Positions 43,587 to 60,113 of a DNA stretch of 64,000 nt are shown here, piece by piece; positions within the stretch are counted from its first letter, which is position 1; the number at the start of each line of letters is the position of its first letter. The DNA comes from Eledone cirrhosa (taxonomy: Eukaryota), in contig OZ024745.1 in NCBI GenBank assembly GCA_964016885.1, positions 58,342,001 to 58,406,000 of the forward strand, read 5' to 3'. The translations under genes and the position numbers were made by a program. The notes beneath the pieces are model-generated. The model saw only the letters and a list, made by a program, of their open reading frames with translations. It made no database searches and was not told the DNA's origin.

Positions 43587-43689
43587 GTGTGAGTGTGTAT
43601 GTGAGTGTGTATGTATGTATATTTATATTTACGTGCATATGGTGTGTGTGTAATTATACATGCATACATACATACATAAATACATACAT

Positions 43690-43727
<38 letters not shown>

Positions 43728-44852
43728 GCGCGCATACATGTACAATATACACATACAGTCCGGAGAAGTAGCTGTGCGACGAATCATTAGTATGCCATAT
43801 CAGTTACAAACAGCTTTACTCTATTGAAGATTAAAGATTGTTTGAAATTAATACATATATTATTCCATCGCAAGTCAATCAAAACGGAAAGTGCAAAACA
43901 GAGTAGAATTTGTGAGGCAGCTGCTTGGGAAAATGTTATCACCATTTCAATGCACCGAATGAATCATTCAACAAGTAGATTGGTGTAAAACTAGAGCTTC
44001 ATGCTTAATTTACAAAAGAAAATATTCAGATGCATGTCTGTAAGCTGGCAAACCCAGTGAAACTGCAAATTCTTTCGTAATCTTGTAGTATCTTGTGTAG
44101 TCAAATCGTTTCGATACACCTGTGCATAAGCATCAGGTGAAAATCGCCGCGATTCAGTCATGTATAACATGACGTTTTTTCTCTTTAGATATATAACGAA
44201 GCTGTTTGTTTTGTTTACGTTGTTTTAAAGTGAGTTTTTGTGTGTTTGTTGTTGTTTTTATTTTTATTTGTTTGTGTTTGTACACCACCGAGATTCGTGT
44301 AGCTCTGATGGTTACGAAGCGTGTGTGTGTTTTTTTAATGGTTCAATTTGTTACTGTTTTGTTGTTGTAGATGTTGTTACTTTGTTATTGGCGTTGTTGT
44401 TATTATTATTTGCTTATTTGTTTTTGAATAACAATGTCTGGCGCTGTAATGTCTTACTAACTGATTTGGCATAACAGATCCGCCGCTATCTCTGTTCTTA
44501 GAAAGTCAGACTACTGGCGCTGTACTGTCTTTGCTAAGAACATAAAACAATAAACAAAAACACTGAGCATTCAGTTCAGTGATCCATCCTACCAAGATGT
44601 TAACAGGTACCATTAAATGTTAAAGTTTTCAGCTATAATAAATATATATATTCTATAGCTGACAGTATGCATAAATAAGTGTATTTCTGTGTACATGGTT
44701 TTCTATGTGTGTTAACTTCAAACTCTACTATGGATTATAATTTCAATAGAGAAATGTACTTGTCCAAAGAAAGAAAATGAATCATCATAACTTAAATTCG
44801 GGAAATATGAGATATATTTCAGTAAAGCGTGCCTTATATATATATGTATATT

Positions 44853-44913
<61 letters not shown>

Positions 44914-45170
44914 GCGTGTGCGTGTGTGTGTGTGTGTGTGTATCTGTGTATGTCTGTTTGTTCAAAAAGTAAACAGAAGCAACGAAGCAAACGACACTGC
45001 AATGAAGAAATATATTAGTTTAACTCTTGATATAGTAGGAAAACAGTCTTTACGTTCAGACATTAGTCTTTCAACAGAAGATAGAATGAGAAATAAAAGA
45101 TGACATAGATATATATAGAGTGAAAATGGGAAGGAATGGGGAAAAAAAGGTTTTTAGAGAAGGCGCACAA

Positions 45171-45218
<48 letters not shown>

Positions 45219-45314
45219 TCTGGCCCGTCCGGCTGGCCTCCGGCTAGGTATACCTGCCCCACCACTCCACTCCAAGGATACCACACACCCTCCCGTGTCA
45301 CATTGTCCTTCCGA

Positions 45315-45351
<37 letters not shown>

Positions 45352-45352
45352 C

Positions 45353-45386
<34 letters not shown>

Positions 45387-45400
45387 TTCTCTCTCTCTCC

Positions 45401-47935
<2,535 letters not shown>

Positions 47936-47937
47936 TA

Positions 47938-48720
47938 ACCGTTGTGCGCTAAGCAGCTGAAGTGTACGATTAAGTTATATCTATCTATATACAGAAAAGA
48001 AGCAACAGGCACTTTAAATTGAAAAAAGTATTTTCAGACATAATTGGGTCTTTCATCAGAATGTGTTTATACCATCCAAACAACCACAATGCCTAACAAT
48101 ACGTAACCGAGGGTCTTATATATACCCTATCACTTCTGAAATCCGGAGCGTAATTATTTGCATATTATGAGCGCTCGTGCTACACACCAGCTGTCACATG
48201 CTACCTACCATTAGCATCAAAGATTATCCAGCTTGACCAGCACTGTCTGGCACGTTTCGTTCGGCTTCCTAACTCCACAGCGGTCCTTTGTTTAACGCAG
48301 TAGGCTCACTTTTAACCAGCAACCATCTTGAGAGAGTCTACCTTCTCTTCGGTTTTCTCCGAGGCTCAGCATTCGGATCAGTGGATCCACACAAATGCCG
48401 CTGTGGATCCACTGAGGATTCTTTCCTCCTCCCCCTGCTACCATGCCAAGACAGTGTCGGCCCTCTCCCAAGTCATGCCGTTCTGAAGCATAGCTTGAAC
48501 GCTGCAGCATGGGTCTTGCACCCTAAATATCACTCCCTCGCACCATCCCGGCCTGTTTCATTGAGATAGGTATGTTTGGGCACACTTTTTGAATTCAAGG
48601 CAATTGAGGCAACACATTCTTAAGCACTCGCGTTGGTAGTTAATTAAGGTACATATTAAGTGGTGCGCAAAGCAGCCGAAGTGTACGAAGTATATATACA
48701 CAGAGTAGAGGCACTGATGA
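47938..48720. mobile_element. Probable Penelope-like remnant with terminal direct repeats and decayed hammerhead cores
   Basis: GTGCGC.AAGCAGC.GAAGTGTACGA at ~47944 and ~48663; minus-strand CTGATGA-agac/gtct-GAAA at 48030-48059. Confidence 0.4.
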
Positions 48721-49009
48721 CTTACTAAAAGTATGAACCCATCAAAATTGGTGTGGTTTATGGGGGAAAATGTATTTAATTTAATTTCTTGATTACAACA
48801 TTCTATGTAAAGTTGCTTGAATCTTGGAATTTCTAGTTGTCACTTTGGCCATCACTGTATTTCAGTTAAATCAATTACAATAATTTTCTTCCATATTTCT
48901 GTTATCATTATCAAACACATATCTCATTTCTACTGATGACTATCTTCGGAATATTATTTTCATTCGTGCTTTGATGCTATTGTTGTTCTTTTCCGAAGAT
49001 ACATATATT

Positions 49010-49127
49010 TGTTTCTACTTTTGGCACAAGGCTAGAAATTATCCCAGTGTATTACTGGTACTTTATTTTATCGACCCCCGTAAGGATGAAAGGCAAAGTT
49101 AACCTCGGCCTTTCCTCCTTACAGGGT
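49010..49127 (-). mobile_element. 5'-truncated SINE with inverted self-copy and 16-bp TSD
   Basis: CGAAGATACATATATT at 48994-49009 and 49128-49143. Confidence 0.85.
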
Positions 49128-49329
49128 CGAAGATACATATATTGGTAGTTAGACATAGATGGAAATAAATCATCAGTCAGAGAGACTATCAGACAAGCAG
49201 ATGTAGAGATAGAGCTAGGTAGATAGATACGTAGATAGGTAGAAAGGTAGATAGGTATAGATAAGTATAGATAGATAGGTAGGTAGATAAGTAGATAGAT
49301 AAGTAAATAGATATGTAGGTAGATAGATA

Positions 49330-49720
49330 GGTAACGAAAGAAACAAAAACTTGCTCAGGCAACACGCGTGAAAGTCGTTTAGATCAAGTGATGCTTGAGC
49401 TTCTAGCTTTTTTAAGTGAAAAAGACCTCGCACTGGACAAATCTCACTCTAAACATTGGTGATAGGTATCCAACAAGTAAACAGTATAGGCTGCCATTGA
49501 GTCTCAGGTTTTATATCAGAGATTTCTTTCTCTTAGAATGGTGTCCTGTGGCTTCTCACTCCCTCCCAAAGATTCGGATTCCTTTAATCCATAAAGAGGA
49601 GGTCGGAAAAGATAGAGATAGGAGAGAGGTCTGGAACCTAACGGCTGAAAGCAATAGAAGGTACATTGTTAGAATCAGAAACCTGACGTTTCTGCTCTTG
49701 GCGTGTAAGCATAGGTAGTG
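49330..49720 (-). mobile_element. Old RTE 5'UTR-like element
   Basis: Diverged CTAAGAGAAAGAAATCTCTGATATAAAACCTG and TTTTTCACTTAAAAA motifs. Confidence 0.5.
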
Positions 49721-51164
49721 GTGACATTTGAGGCAAGATTTGTCGACTAATAATAAACCTTTATCAAAACCAACATCATCATCACCATCATCATCACCAT
49801 CATCATCACCATCATCATCGTTGTAGTTATCAGCAAATCATAATCCTTTTATTCGACGTCAGTTTCATCGTGGTCGTTAATATTATCATCTCAATTGTTC
49901 ATCCTCAAATAGCACGATGATAGAGAACACTTTTCCATGATAAATATAATTAACTCTATCGCTTGTAGCATGATCAAATTTTTGATCTTCTTTAATATGT
50001 TATGTAAATAAAGTAAGATGAAATAAGATGATTTGACAATGTTCACTTGTTTCCAAAGCTGAATGCTATGTCAGAGAAACGTAACCGCTATAAAATCGTG
50101 CCTAGCGATCATTGTTTCAGTTATCTCTTTGACAGCCATTGTGGTGATGTTATTGTTAATCCATCAACAATACTTTCCCACCAACAATAATCTCGATGTG
50201 CTGCATTCTACCAACTCCTCCGTTATTCTAGCTTTGACTTTAATTATACGGGAGATACAGATATTATTTATTTCTTCAAGAATGCTTTTCAATAGAACCA
50301 TTCCCCAAAAGTGAATCGTAATAAAATAACATGGTTAGGAGTAGGGTTATAAAAGAACACAATGACACAATCTGGGTGATTTCTCTTTTACAGTCTACGA
50401 ATATTTGTGTATAGTGTCAGGTGGTCTACATGTATCTATGCATTCGGTGTTAGCTTCAAACCTAGAGATATATTCTGTAGTAGAATGTTGCTTTGAATAT
50501 AAAAAAAACACTATTAATGCATCAGTACTTTATTAATCCACGTAGCTTCCAAGAGTATTTTCTGAGTTTAAATCTATAATAAAGCCCACTCAGGATAACA
50601 GCTTTAATTCGCTGGAGTTACTGTTTCTTTTTGTTCAAGTATGTGTGTATCGAAATATGGTGATACTCTGTAACCAATGTCTCTCCATTTAACACCATAT
50701 GTAACGAAGAAGAGCAGAAAATAATTGAAGTAAAGTATAATGATTATATTAATGATCCATGAAAAAGGAAAAGAAAATTAAAAAAGACGGAATTTGGAAA
50801 AAATGTCGAAATACATTATTTTCCAATTCACACTTATTTATGCCACTCCACAATTGTCGAATATCTCATTATCCATCAAACTGTACATAACCGTCTTAAT
50901 GTATAACAGGTGTGTATATTAGATGTGTTATAAACATATTGTATATGCTTTCATATACATACCTATTATGCACAACTCTATTTTAATGCTACTGCCAATT
51001 AAATATATATATATATATACATATAAGCAGAAGGGATATTCAATTTGTTGGTAATTCAACAAATATAAATGTTTATAACTGATTCAGAGCACTCGACAAG
51101 TTATCTGGAGTATAATATTCAATGATATTAAATAAATGGAAACTATATTTATAAAACCATATTT

Positions 51165-51224
51165 ATTCTATAATATATATTTCAAGGGTACCAAAAACTT
51201 TGGTACGCTTTCATCAGATAAAAT
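51165..51224 (-). ncRNA. Minimal type I hammerhead (same family as 31541-31601)
   Basis: Minus strand: attttat CTGATGA aagcgtaccaaag-tt-tttggtaccctt GAAA tatata TT atagaat. Confidence 0.85.
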
Positions 51225-51876
51225 ACAAAGTGTGTTTTATAAATGTTGACATAGCCAAGGAACATATCAAGGAACATACCACAATTTCCAGAATCTTGAT
51301 AAAGCCATATTTCGGTACGAAGGTGCTTTCGAAATCGTTTAAATCGTATAAAATGTTCTCCTCTCACAACTTGAACCACCTATTTATTTACATAAAACAC
51401 AAAATCAACTTCCCTCGTAACTCATATTACAAATATAAACAACTAATAATTGTAAATTATCTATATCTCTTTAATACTAATACATATGCAATTATTATTA
51501 TATACAGATATTTATACATATAACCTACTACAATATTGTAATAAGATAAATACTTACAAACATAATTCTCGATATAAGTATATACATAATATAGGTAAAT
51601 ATTCAAATTTTTTTCCCAAAATTAACGTAAATACGAGGTCTTCTTTTCTTTTTTCTTTTTCTTCCTTTTCTTTCTTTCCTACTCATACAAACACATATCT
51701 AAATTCTCCATAGCGTCTAAAATAACGTTTTTTTCAAACCTATACCTCAACCTCATTTACATATTCATTTGCATATTCATCTTAACAATTTTAAAATATC
51801 TTTAACTCCACTATCCAAGGAAAACGTCAACCGTTAAAGTATGTTCCTTGGCTATGTCAAAATTTATAAAACACAT

Positions 51877-51982
<106 letters not shown>

Positions 51983-52071
51983 GGAAAGTAACTTGGAGTT
52001 ACTGTAGATTCACCTGAGTGAGCACTCGATGTTTAGGTTCACTTCTGTGTCGAGTTGTTACCATTATAAGG

Positions 52072-52156
52072 GGTCTGACGAGCCGTGGATTACAGAGTCG
52101 GGCTAGATCGATACAGATCGGACCTTGAGCTTATCAGTGGCGAAACGCGCGTCACC
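52072..52156 (+). ncRNA. Type I hammerhead with extended stem II, sense to the host intron
   Basis: ggt CTGACGA gcc...(60-nt imperfect hairpin)...ggc GAAAC GCGC GTC acc, then AATAAA at 52161. Confidence 0.85.
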
Positions 52157-52253
52157 AACCAATAAACGTAATGAAGGAGTAACCACTCGTCCTTGTTTTA
52201 TTTATATATATATATATAATATAAGATCAAAAGATGGTTAAAAGAGTTCCAAG

Positions 52254-52324
52254 TATTTTATTATGCGCATTTCAAAAACAAATATCATCATGAGATGATA
52301 TCTGCGTTTTCATCAGATAAAATA
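52254..52324 (-). ncRNA. Minimal type I hammerhead
   Basis: Minus strand: tattttat CTGATGA aaacgcagatatcatc-tcat-gatgatatttgttttt GAAA tgcgca TA ataaaata. Confidence 0.85.
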
Positions 52325-52418
52325 GGGATACGTGATATGAAGGTTAAAAAACACTTGTGAATAGTGAAGTTTTAAATCAACATATGAAAAATAATTTAAG
52401 ATTGATGTACTCACCTCC

Positions 52419-52469
<51 letters not shown>

Positions 52470-52576
52470 CCCTCACTCTCTCATTCATTCTGCTTACGAA
52501 TTCTTCATAGCTATATAAATATCATTACCAACCATGGCGGAATAATTGGCAACCTAATAAATTATCTACTTCACAG

Positions 52577-52788
52577 GACGTACGCACAACTACAACTACT
52601 CAATGTGGGAAATTGGTTCTTATGCCAATGCTAAAGTAAAGAGCTTCGCTGAAACAGGAGTGTACACAGATTTTGATGCTGAAGTCCAGGGTAACGATGG
52701 GATTCTTGATGCATTTAATCTGCCAGCTATAGGAAAAGGCTTTGGTCAATCTAAAGGAAGCATGTTTGTGGATGCTATGCATCCTCTA
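52577..52788 (+). CDS. Next coding exon of the spondin-like gene (Spondin_N domain)
   Basis: Acceptor cttcacAG at 52575-52576. The phase-1 join gives KTIG-RTHNYNYSMWEIGSYANAKVKSFAETG...FVDAMHPL (cf. mindin GAAHSSDYSMW...LRDFAERG...RRHSL). Donor |GTGAGT at 52789 (phase 0). Confidence 0.9.
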
Positions 52789-52856
52789 GTGAGTATTGAT
52801 ATATTTCATATACTTTCATCCTTTTTATTTTTTCAATCTTTTACTTGTTTCATATA

Positions 52857-53728
52857 AGAGGTCTGTCTAAAAAGTAACAGGACTGGTGACACAAACAATT
52901 TATTTCAATTCCAAATAACAAACTATATAGTTTCCCCTTCAAAATCTAATGTACTTTCCCATCCTTCTCTGCCACACTTCTATGCAGTGCTAGAAGGATT
53001 TTTCTGGGATGTCCCTCAGCTCCTTCGTTATAGCCCTTTTGATGGCCTCCACACCTTCAAAGCGGGTCCCCTTGATGACACCCATGAGATTCGAGAAAAG
53101 GAAAAGGTCACTCAAAGAAAAATCAGGTGAATAAGAAGTTTGATCCAGTACAGCGAAGTTCTCGGCCAGAGACTGTCGGATGCTCAGGGCATTGTGAACC
53201 GGGGATTTTCCACATGCCTAAATCTTGGGTAAAAATCTTCCAAACCCTGTCGCAGTTTATGCTCAGCTCACTTGCAATCAGTTAAAGAATCCAGCCGATC
53301 GCCACGCGTCACCTTCCTCAACGTTGGCGTCAGTCCTGCTCATTGAAGGCCTCGTGCTCCTGGGATCGTCTTCCACGTCATCACATCCCTTTAAACTGTT
53401 TGTGCCACTTGTAAACCCGAGACCGCGACATCGTCTCATATCCGTACACCTGCTACAGTATTCCAAGTGCTTCTGACGGAGTTTTTCTCAACCGGACCAG
53501 AAATTTCAGGCTGGTTCTTTGGTCTGTGCCCATCGCTCAACAGTCTAAAATTGAGTTGCTGTTAACAAAAGCACATGAAAACACATACAATGGTTGCAGA
53601 TAGCGGGCGGCGATGGGAGTTACATAGACTCTGGATATTAATTCACATGGTGCTACAGCCCGCTAATTCCTACCCAACTCATAGCTCACACAACATACTA
53701 CGTCCTGTTACTTTTCAGACACACCTTG
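52857..53728 (-). mobile_element. Internally deleted mariner transposon
   Basis: ~28-bp TIRs (AGAGGTCTGTCTAAAAAGTAACAGGAC / GTCCTGTTACTTTTCAGACACACCTTG), TA on the left, transposase remnants DDVEDDPRSTRPSMSRTDANVE and KGTRFEGVEAIK. Confidence 0.85.
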
Positions 53729-53928
53729 TGTATATGTATATATATATATATGTGTGTGTGTGAGTGTGCGTGAATGTGAGTGAGTGCGAGTGAGTGTGAT
53801 GTTGACGGACGCGAAAATGTGTACACCAGAGTAACAAGACTGATCACTTAGCTATTATAAAGAATATCAGACAGTAAGAGGAGACAACCCAACTGCTATT
53901 TTAGCTGTTACTATCACGCCACCAAGGA

Positions 53929-53959
<31 letters not shown>

Positions 53960-54202
53960 AAGAAAGGAAAATGTGAATTTTTATATATATGTAAACTATG
54001 TTCTCTAATATCCTCTTTTAATTAATATACACCTTCAATTATTTTATACTTTTTGTCATACTTCCTGTAGCATGAAGAAGTTGAAATTTTTCTCGACTGA
54101 AACCGGCACTAAAAATTGCTTTTAAAAAAATGTTTTTCTGTTTTTGTATGAGAAAATTCTAATAGTATTTTCTATTTTTTTCCTTATATATATATATATA
54201 TA

Positions 54203-54620
54203 TATTGTTATACTTGGGAAGGATCATATTTGTGTAATAATATTGACAGAATTAATAACAGAACACACTCACTGTTTGATTGGTTTTCGCTTCTGTGTCT
54301 TTTATATCGGTTAATTTAATTTATTCGGTCCTCAATGTTACCATTGACTGACCAACGGTCAATGCAACGGGAGGAAACATAATAGCACCACTGACGATGT
54401 TGCAGATGTGCAACGAAAGAACTTTGTTAGACTATATATATGTGTTTGTATCTGTATTTTTGACCGTTGGTCAGTCAATGGTAACATTGAGGACCGAATA
54501 AAATTAAATTAACCGATATAAAGGACACAGAAGCGAAAACCAACCAAACAGTGAGTGTGTTCTGTTATTAATTCTGGCAATATTATTACACAAATATGAC
54601 CCTCCCCAGGAATAACAATA
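54203..54620. repeat. ~160-bp-arm inverted repeat enclosing a decayed hammerhead core (54391-54425)
   Basis: 54203-54362 is inverted at 54460-54620; the loop has CTGACGA t gttgca-gatg-tgcaac GAAA. Confidence 0.85.
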
Positions 54621-54664
54621 TTTGTTTCGACACACGATTTCATATCAAAAACCTCGCAAAACTA

Positions 54665-54735
<71 letters not shown>

Positions 54736-55621
54736 ACGAACTTTACTCGCAAGGTTTCGTTCAACCAAGGGTACAATGCTACAGTAGAAGGCAACTACCC
54801 AAAGGTGCTATGCATTAGAGTCGAGCCCGATACCCCACGTCTACTTTTAATAAATATTTAAATATGCAAGGGGATTAGGGTGGTTTGTGGGACAATAGAA
54901 TGCAGAGCTGACTGTCCACTGATAAATAGTGTGATAGTTTTGTTCAGGTTACGTTCCTGACTAGTTTAGTAATTTGAACTACTGGTGAGCCTGTACCAAT
55001 AGTATAAGACACTCGTCTAATGTGCCAAACAGTGAAATCGAACTCGGATTCATGCGGTTGCAAAACAAACTTCTTAACTATACAGCAATGGCAGTAACCG
55101 TATTTGCAGCCAATCTAGAACCAACTTGAAGCAAAGTTATTTAATTTTTGCGTAAGAAGCTCTTGAGAATGAAAGAAAAAACAACTTTACAACTTCCCCT
55201 TCCTTTAGTATAGAGGGATTCCATGTTCACCGAAAAGAAACCAATAATAATTAAGCTCAAAACTGTTCTTTTCATATTTGTTTGTTTTAGACATCTCATC
55301 AAATGCGATAAAAAGAATCGTCTTGTATATGATTATATCGCAAAGAATGATTATTCAAATCCTGTTTGAATGTTTTCAGCTGTTTCTGAGAAAAGATCTT
55401 TCTTTGAAACAAAGATATCTTTGCTTATTATTACTTCTAAATCCATCTCCGCTATATTCTCAATACGCACTATTTTGGTTTTGGATTTTGTTTGTTTTGG
55501 TTGTTGATTTTTTTTATTTATTCTTTTTTTTTTTCCTTTTTTTTCTTGTTTCTTTTCATTCACTGCCATCCCATCACTATATCTGTTATATTTATACATA
55601 AACCTGCATATATATATATAT

Positions 55622-55678
<57 letters not shown>

Positions 55679-55812
55679 AACGTTCATAAATACGCATACT
55701 AGCGCATTTACACAGAAATATGCAGAAATCTGTATGCATGTATGTATATATATATATAAATAAATATATATATAAAAATATATATATATATATGTATATA
55801 TCTGTTATACTT

Positions 55813-55872
<60 letters not shown>

Positions 55873-55874
55873 TG

Positions 55875-55908
<34 letters not shown>

Positions 55909-55933
55909 CTGTATATATATATATATATATATG

Positions 55934-55973
<40 letters not shown>

Positions 55974-56084
55974 AATAAATATATATATATATATATATAT
56001 ATGCATCTCTCTCTCTATATATATATATGCATCTATATATATATATATATGTACGTTATTCCGGGTTGAATCGGAGGTAACCAC

Positions 56085-56135
56085 AGATTCCTGATGATTT
56101 CTAAAGAATGAAACAGTTCTAGTCCTGTAGAATCT
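56085..56135 (+). ncRNA. Type I hammerhead with true stem III (family of 28062), preceded by an inverted piece of its own 3' end
   Basis: agattc CTGATGA tttc-taaa-gaat GAAA cag-ttctagtc-ctg TA gaatct; 56052-56086 is the reverse complement of 28161-28195. Confidence 0.75.
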
Positions 56136-56137
56136 CA

Positions 56138-56197
<60 letters not shown>

Positions 56198-56255
56198 ATA
56201 AATAAATATATATAATATATATATATGCATCTCTCTCTCTATATATATATATGCA

Positions 56256-56300
<45 letters not shown>

Positions 56301-56339
56301 ATAATAATAATAAATTTGTGTGTGTGTATAAATAAATAA

Positions 56340-56381
<42 letters not shown>

Positions 56382-56446
56382 ATAATAATAATAAATTTGT
56401 GTGTGTGTATATATATGTGTGTGTGTGTGTGTATAAATAAATAAAG

Positions 56447-56480
<34 letters not shown>

Positions 56481-56560
56481 CGAAGGAGTTGTGGTAAGGA
56501 ACCAGATGGACCATAACGCACCAGAGTACTCTATACTTTGGGTAGTAAAGTTGGTAATAG

Positions 56561-56677
56561 GAAAAAGTATGACCCCGACGGCAGAGCTCAAGCCGTTTCG
56601 ACGGCTATTTCTGGACCAAAATAGAGTCCAGAAATAACCGTCGAAACGGCTTGAGCCCTGCCGTCGGGGTCATACTT

Positions 56678-56681
<4 letters not shown>
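56561..56681. repeat. 56-bp-arm palindrome of two half-hammerheads (family X)
   Basis: Loop CAAAATAGA at 56617-56625; each arm reads gtc GAAA cggc-ttgagc.ct-gccg TC ggggtc. Confidence 0.9.
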
Positions 56682-56718
<37 letters not shown>

Positions 56719-56729
56719 TTAAACAACGT

Positions 56730-56940
56730 TATCTCTGATCGAGACGAAGTGAGAGTGTATTTTAATACATTTAAAAATAAGAAACCTCAACGCTAGAACA
56801 ACCGTTAAAACAGCTAAATGCTGTCAAAGACACCCATGGGGAAAACGCCTATAAGGACAGAGACCAGCTGTTCTAGCAATGAATTTTCTCATTCCTATAT
56901 GTAATCAAAGACCTCTCTCACTTCGTCTCGATCAGAGATA
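56730..56940. mobile_element. Short element with 26-bp terminal inverted repeats
   Basis: TATCTCTGATCGAGACGAAGTGAGAG and its reverse complement. Confidence 0.65.
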
Positions 56941-57683
56941 AAATTGTTTTCATTTATATGTACTTACATGTAAATTTCCACAGAGAGAGGGATAGAGAGA
57001 GAGAAAGAGTGAGTGAGTGAGTGACTGAAAGAGAGAGTGGGAGAGTGTGATAAAAAGAGTATGTCTAAAATGAATATAACCTATACGTTTTCCTATGTAC
57101 GTTAAATCAAACATCTGCTTGAATGTATACATTTTAAAGATATTCCATATATGTATATACATCCACATATATGTATATACATCCACATATATGTATATAT
57201 ACATCCACATATATGTATATACATACACATATGTGTATCTGTGTGTGAGTTTAAACAAATGGGGAAAATCTACGACACATTGAACAATGAGATTAAATAT
57301 CAAGAACGTATTAGAAACATATGAAGTTTGGTGTGAACCATTATGAGTTTCAAGTCGTTTTTCTCACACCTACAAGATTTTAAGCGTGGTAATTTCCAGC
57401 AGTTAACATAGCAATTTCAGCTTAAACATGATTAGTTTGCTGTCCTTGTATAGGAATCCCGTGAGAAATGAACTATGTTCTAACTGACTTGCTAAAAGGG
57501 TATATCTGGAAAACGTATGGCAGTAATGTAAGAAACTAAAACTAATATTATGTCACTTGTGATGCACATGTTCTCACCATTTCAAACTTGTTTTTAAATT
57601 GTCTACTTTCTCTTAGGCCATTTTTTTTTTTTTTTAAAATAGAATTACGATTTGGACAACGGAGTAGGTGAAGGAACGCATGG

Positions 57684-58300
57684 TTGATTGATTCGATTGA
57701 GTGTATGGGTGAATGATTGAGTGGGTATGTGATTGAGTGGGTGGGTATGTGATTGAGTGGGTGAGTATGTGATTGAGTGAGAGTGTATGTGATTGAGTGT
57801 GTGAGTGTGTGATTGAGTGGGTGAGAATGTGATTAGGTCAGTGAGTATGTGATTCAGTGGGTGGGTGTGTGATTGAGTGGATGAGAATGTGATTGAGTGG
57901 GTGGGTGTGTGATTGAATGGATGAGTATGGAATTGAGTGGGTGGGTGTGTGATTGTGTGGGTGAGTATGGAATTGAGTTGGTGAATGTGTAATTGCGTGA
58001 GTGAATGAGTGTGTATGAGTGTGTATGCGATTGAGTTGAGTGAGTGGATGTGCAATAGAATATGTGGCTGAGTGATTGAATGAGCGTATAAGTGGTTTAG
58101 TGTATAAGTGAAAGACCAATTGTGTGAGTATGTGATTGAGTAAATGTATAAGACGCTCAGTAAATGAGTGAGTGTGTGAATGAAAGAAGAAATGAGAGAT
58201 TGAGTGACTGGGTGTGCGTGTGTGTGTAAATGATAGAATGAGTGATGGAGTGAGTGTTTGAGTGAAAGAATGTTTTATTGGCTGCTGGACTGATTGAGTA
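57684..58300. repeat. Degenerate ~20-bp minisatellite (GTGATTGAGTGGGTGAGTAT)n
   Basis: Visible periodic units that decay to the right. Confidence 0.85.
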
Positions 58301-58799
58301 GGAGTACGAATGAATACATTAGACTCATATTTCAGTAGAATTACGGTGAACACAGTAGAGTAGTAGGTAAACTCAGAGACAAGTGAACATTTTGATAAAG
58401 ACTTTCATTCAATTTGTGGCCATTTAATCTGTCAGGTGTAACTAAATCTTACCTATAATACATGAATTGGGAAACTTCGAATATTCTATTCTTCTATATC
58501 GCACTAGATACCCAACTGCCTTGGAACATGTCCGTGTGTGTGTGTGTGTAATGTGGTTATAAAAAAATTAATATTAGTCACTGACTTACCGTACATGCCG
58601 AAGTAATGATGAGAGACTCATTAAATAAATGTAAAAATATATACACTTTTGGGCGTATAAAATAGAATTATTTCAGAAAAGACATGACACTTAGCTGTCA
58701 TGTCATCTATATTTTTATAGGGAAAAAACAAAACAATATTTAAGTTGGTGTCATCGCATTTAATACAGGGATCGTTTTGCTTATAGATCTAACTCTGTG

Positions 58800-59890
58800 C
58801 CGATAAGCTTATAGTCTGCTATCCTACTTTGCACTCTTCTCTTGATAACATTGCCATTGCTCCTTTCGTGACTATATATCCCAATATATATAGAGAGAGC
58901 TCCGGCTGCAAACGAGACATGTGAATGCTTGCTTGGCGACGGTGACGGAGGTATAGCCCTGCGGTTAAGTCTTTTCTCGCTTCCCTTGTGAGTGGAGATT
59001 GCGTATCAAATTCCACAACTGAGTAATGTGATATAGTTAAAATGAGCAAACAGGGCAACGAGGTCCTCGTCTTCAAGTCATGTGTTGACCATGGTGTAGC
59101 TGGCTGTAGAAAATCCTATAAAGAAGACATTCGTTAGAAAATAGTATTACATGTATGAATAGTGTAGAATCCATGCTGCTGGTGTTCGATCCACGGAGAG
59201 TTTCTGTGTATGCAATCTTATCTTTCCAATTAGCAATAGCTGTCTTCTGAAGACAATGGAACTTGATTTGTCGGCTGCTTGCGAGCCATGTTCACACTTA
59301 TGCAAGGGAGTTCAATACTGAAAAGATTTTGGTAAATGTCAATCTCAAAGTAATAGTCTAATCAATATCAGAAAATATGTCACTAGAATCACAGTGTAGT
59401 TTTTGCAGTGAGTGAAACATGGTTAACATGATCTTCAATTCTAACGCTGGTAATGGGGCAGGCATTCCCACTATGTTCACTTTTCTGTGCTAGTAACAAC
59501 TTCAATGGATTGAACATGTCCTTCCTATAGAAGATGGTCGTATTCTAAAAAGACCTGCTATATGGTGAACTAGCATCTGAATCTAGAGGTAAATGTCGCC
59601 TGTATCTGTAGACGATCAGTATCAATTTTACCAGATGTGAATTAGTCGTAGAGAACGGCACTCTGCGGAAATGACAAGAGTTGCAGAGATTAAGAAACAG
59701 AGAGCAAATTTCAAACATTGGGATGAACAAACCGAGCAAGGGGGAGTTTGTTTTGTCACTGAATATGCACATGCAATACAATAAAAAACAACCTATTTAA
59801 TATTATCAGGTATGGGTCCGAGATTGCTGGTCGAGAATTGAAGTTCAGTCATTTCTTCCTCCTCATCTACCTAATACTATTAGACAAGCA
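58800..59890 (+). mobile_element. Decayed RTE/BovB-like LINE 3' half
   Basis: GIPTMFT...WIEHV..IEDGRILKDLLYGELAS motif. Confidence 0.75.
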
Positions 59891-59917
59891 CGCTCCATAA
59901 CCTATGAGAATTACATG

Positions 59918-60009
<92 letters not shown>

Positions 60010-60058
60010 AAGTAATTAAGTCAAATATTTAAAATTTGGCTTCGTTTATTAAGGATGT

Positions 60059-60113
60059 ACTGCTATATATATTTCGGTGACAGCCATCATTGGCTGTGAC
60101 CTCTTCATGCAGT
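60059..60113 (-). ncRNA. Type I hammerhead, C3->A core variant
   Basis: Minus strand: actgc ATGAAGA ggtcacagcca-atga-tggctgtcacc GAAA tatata TA gcagt. Confidence 0.65.

Noticed and set aside
57645-58353. 136-aa and 171-aa His/Thr-rich ORFs
   Set aside because: They are products of the 20-bp minisatellite.
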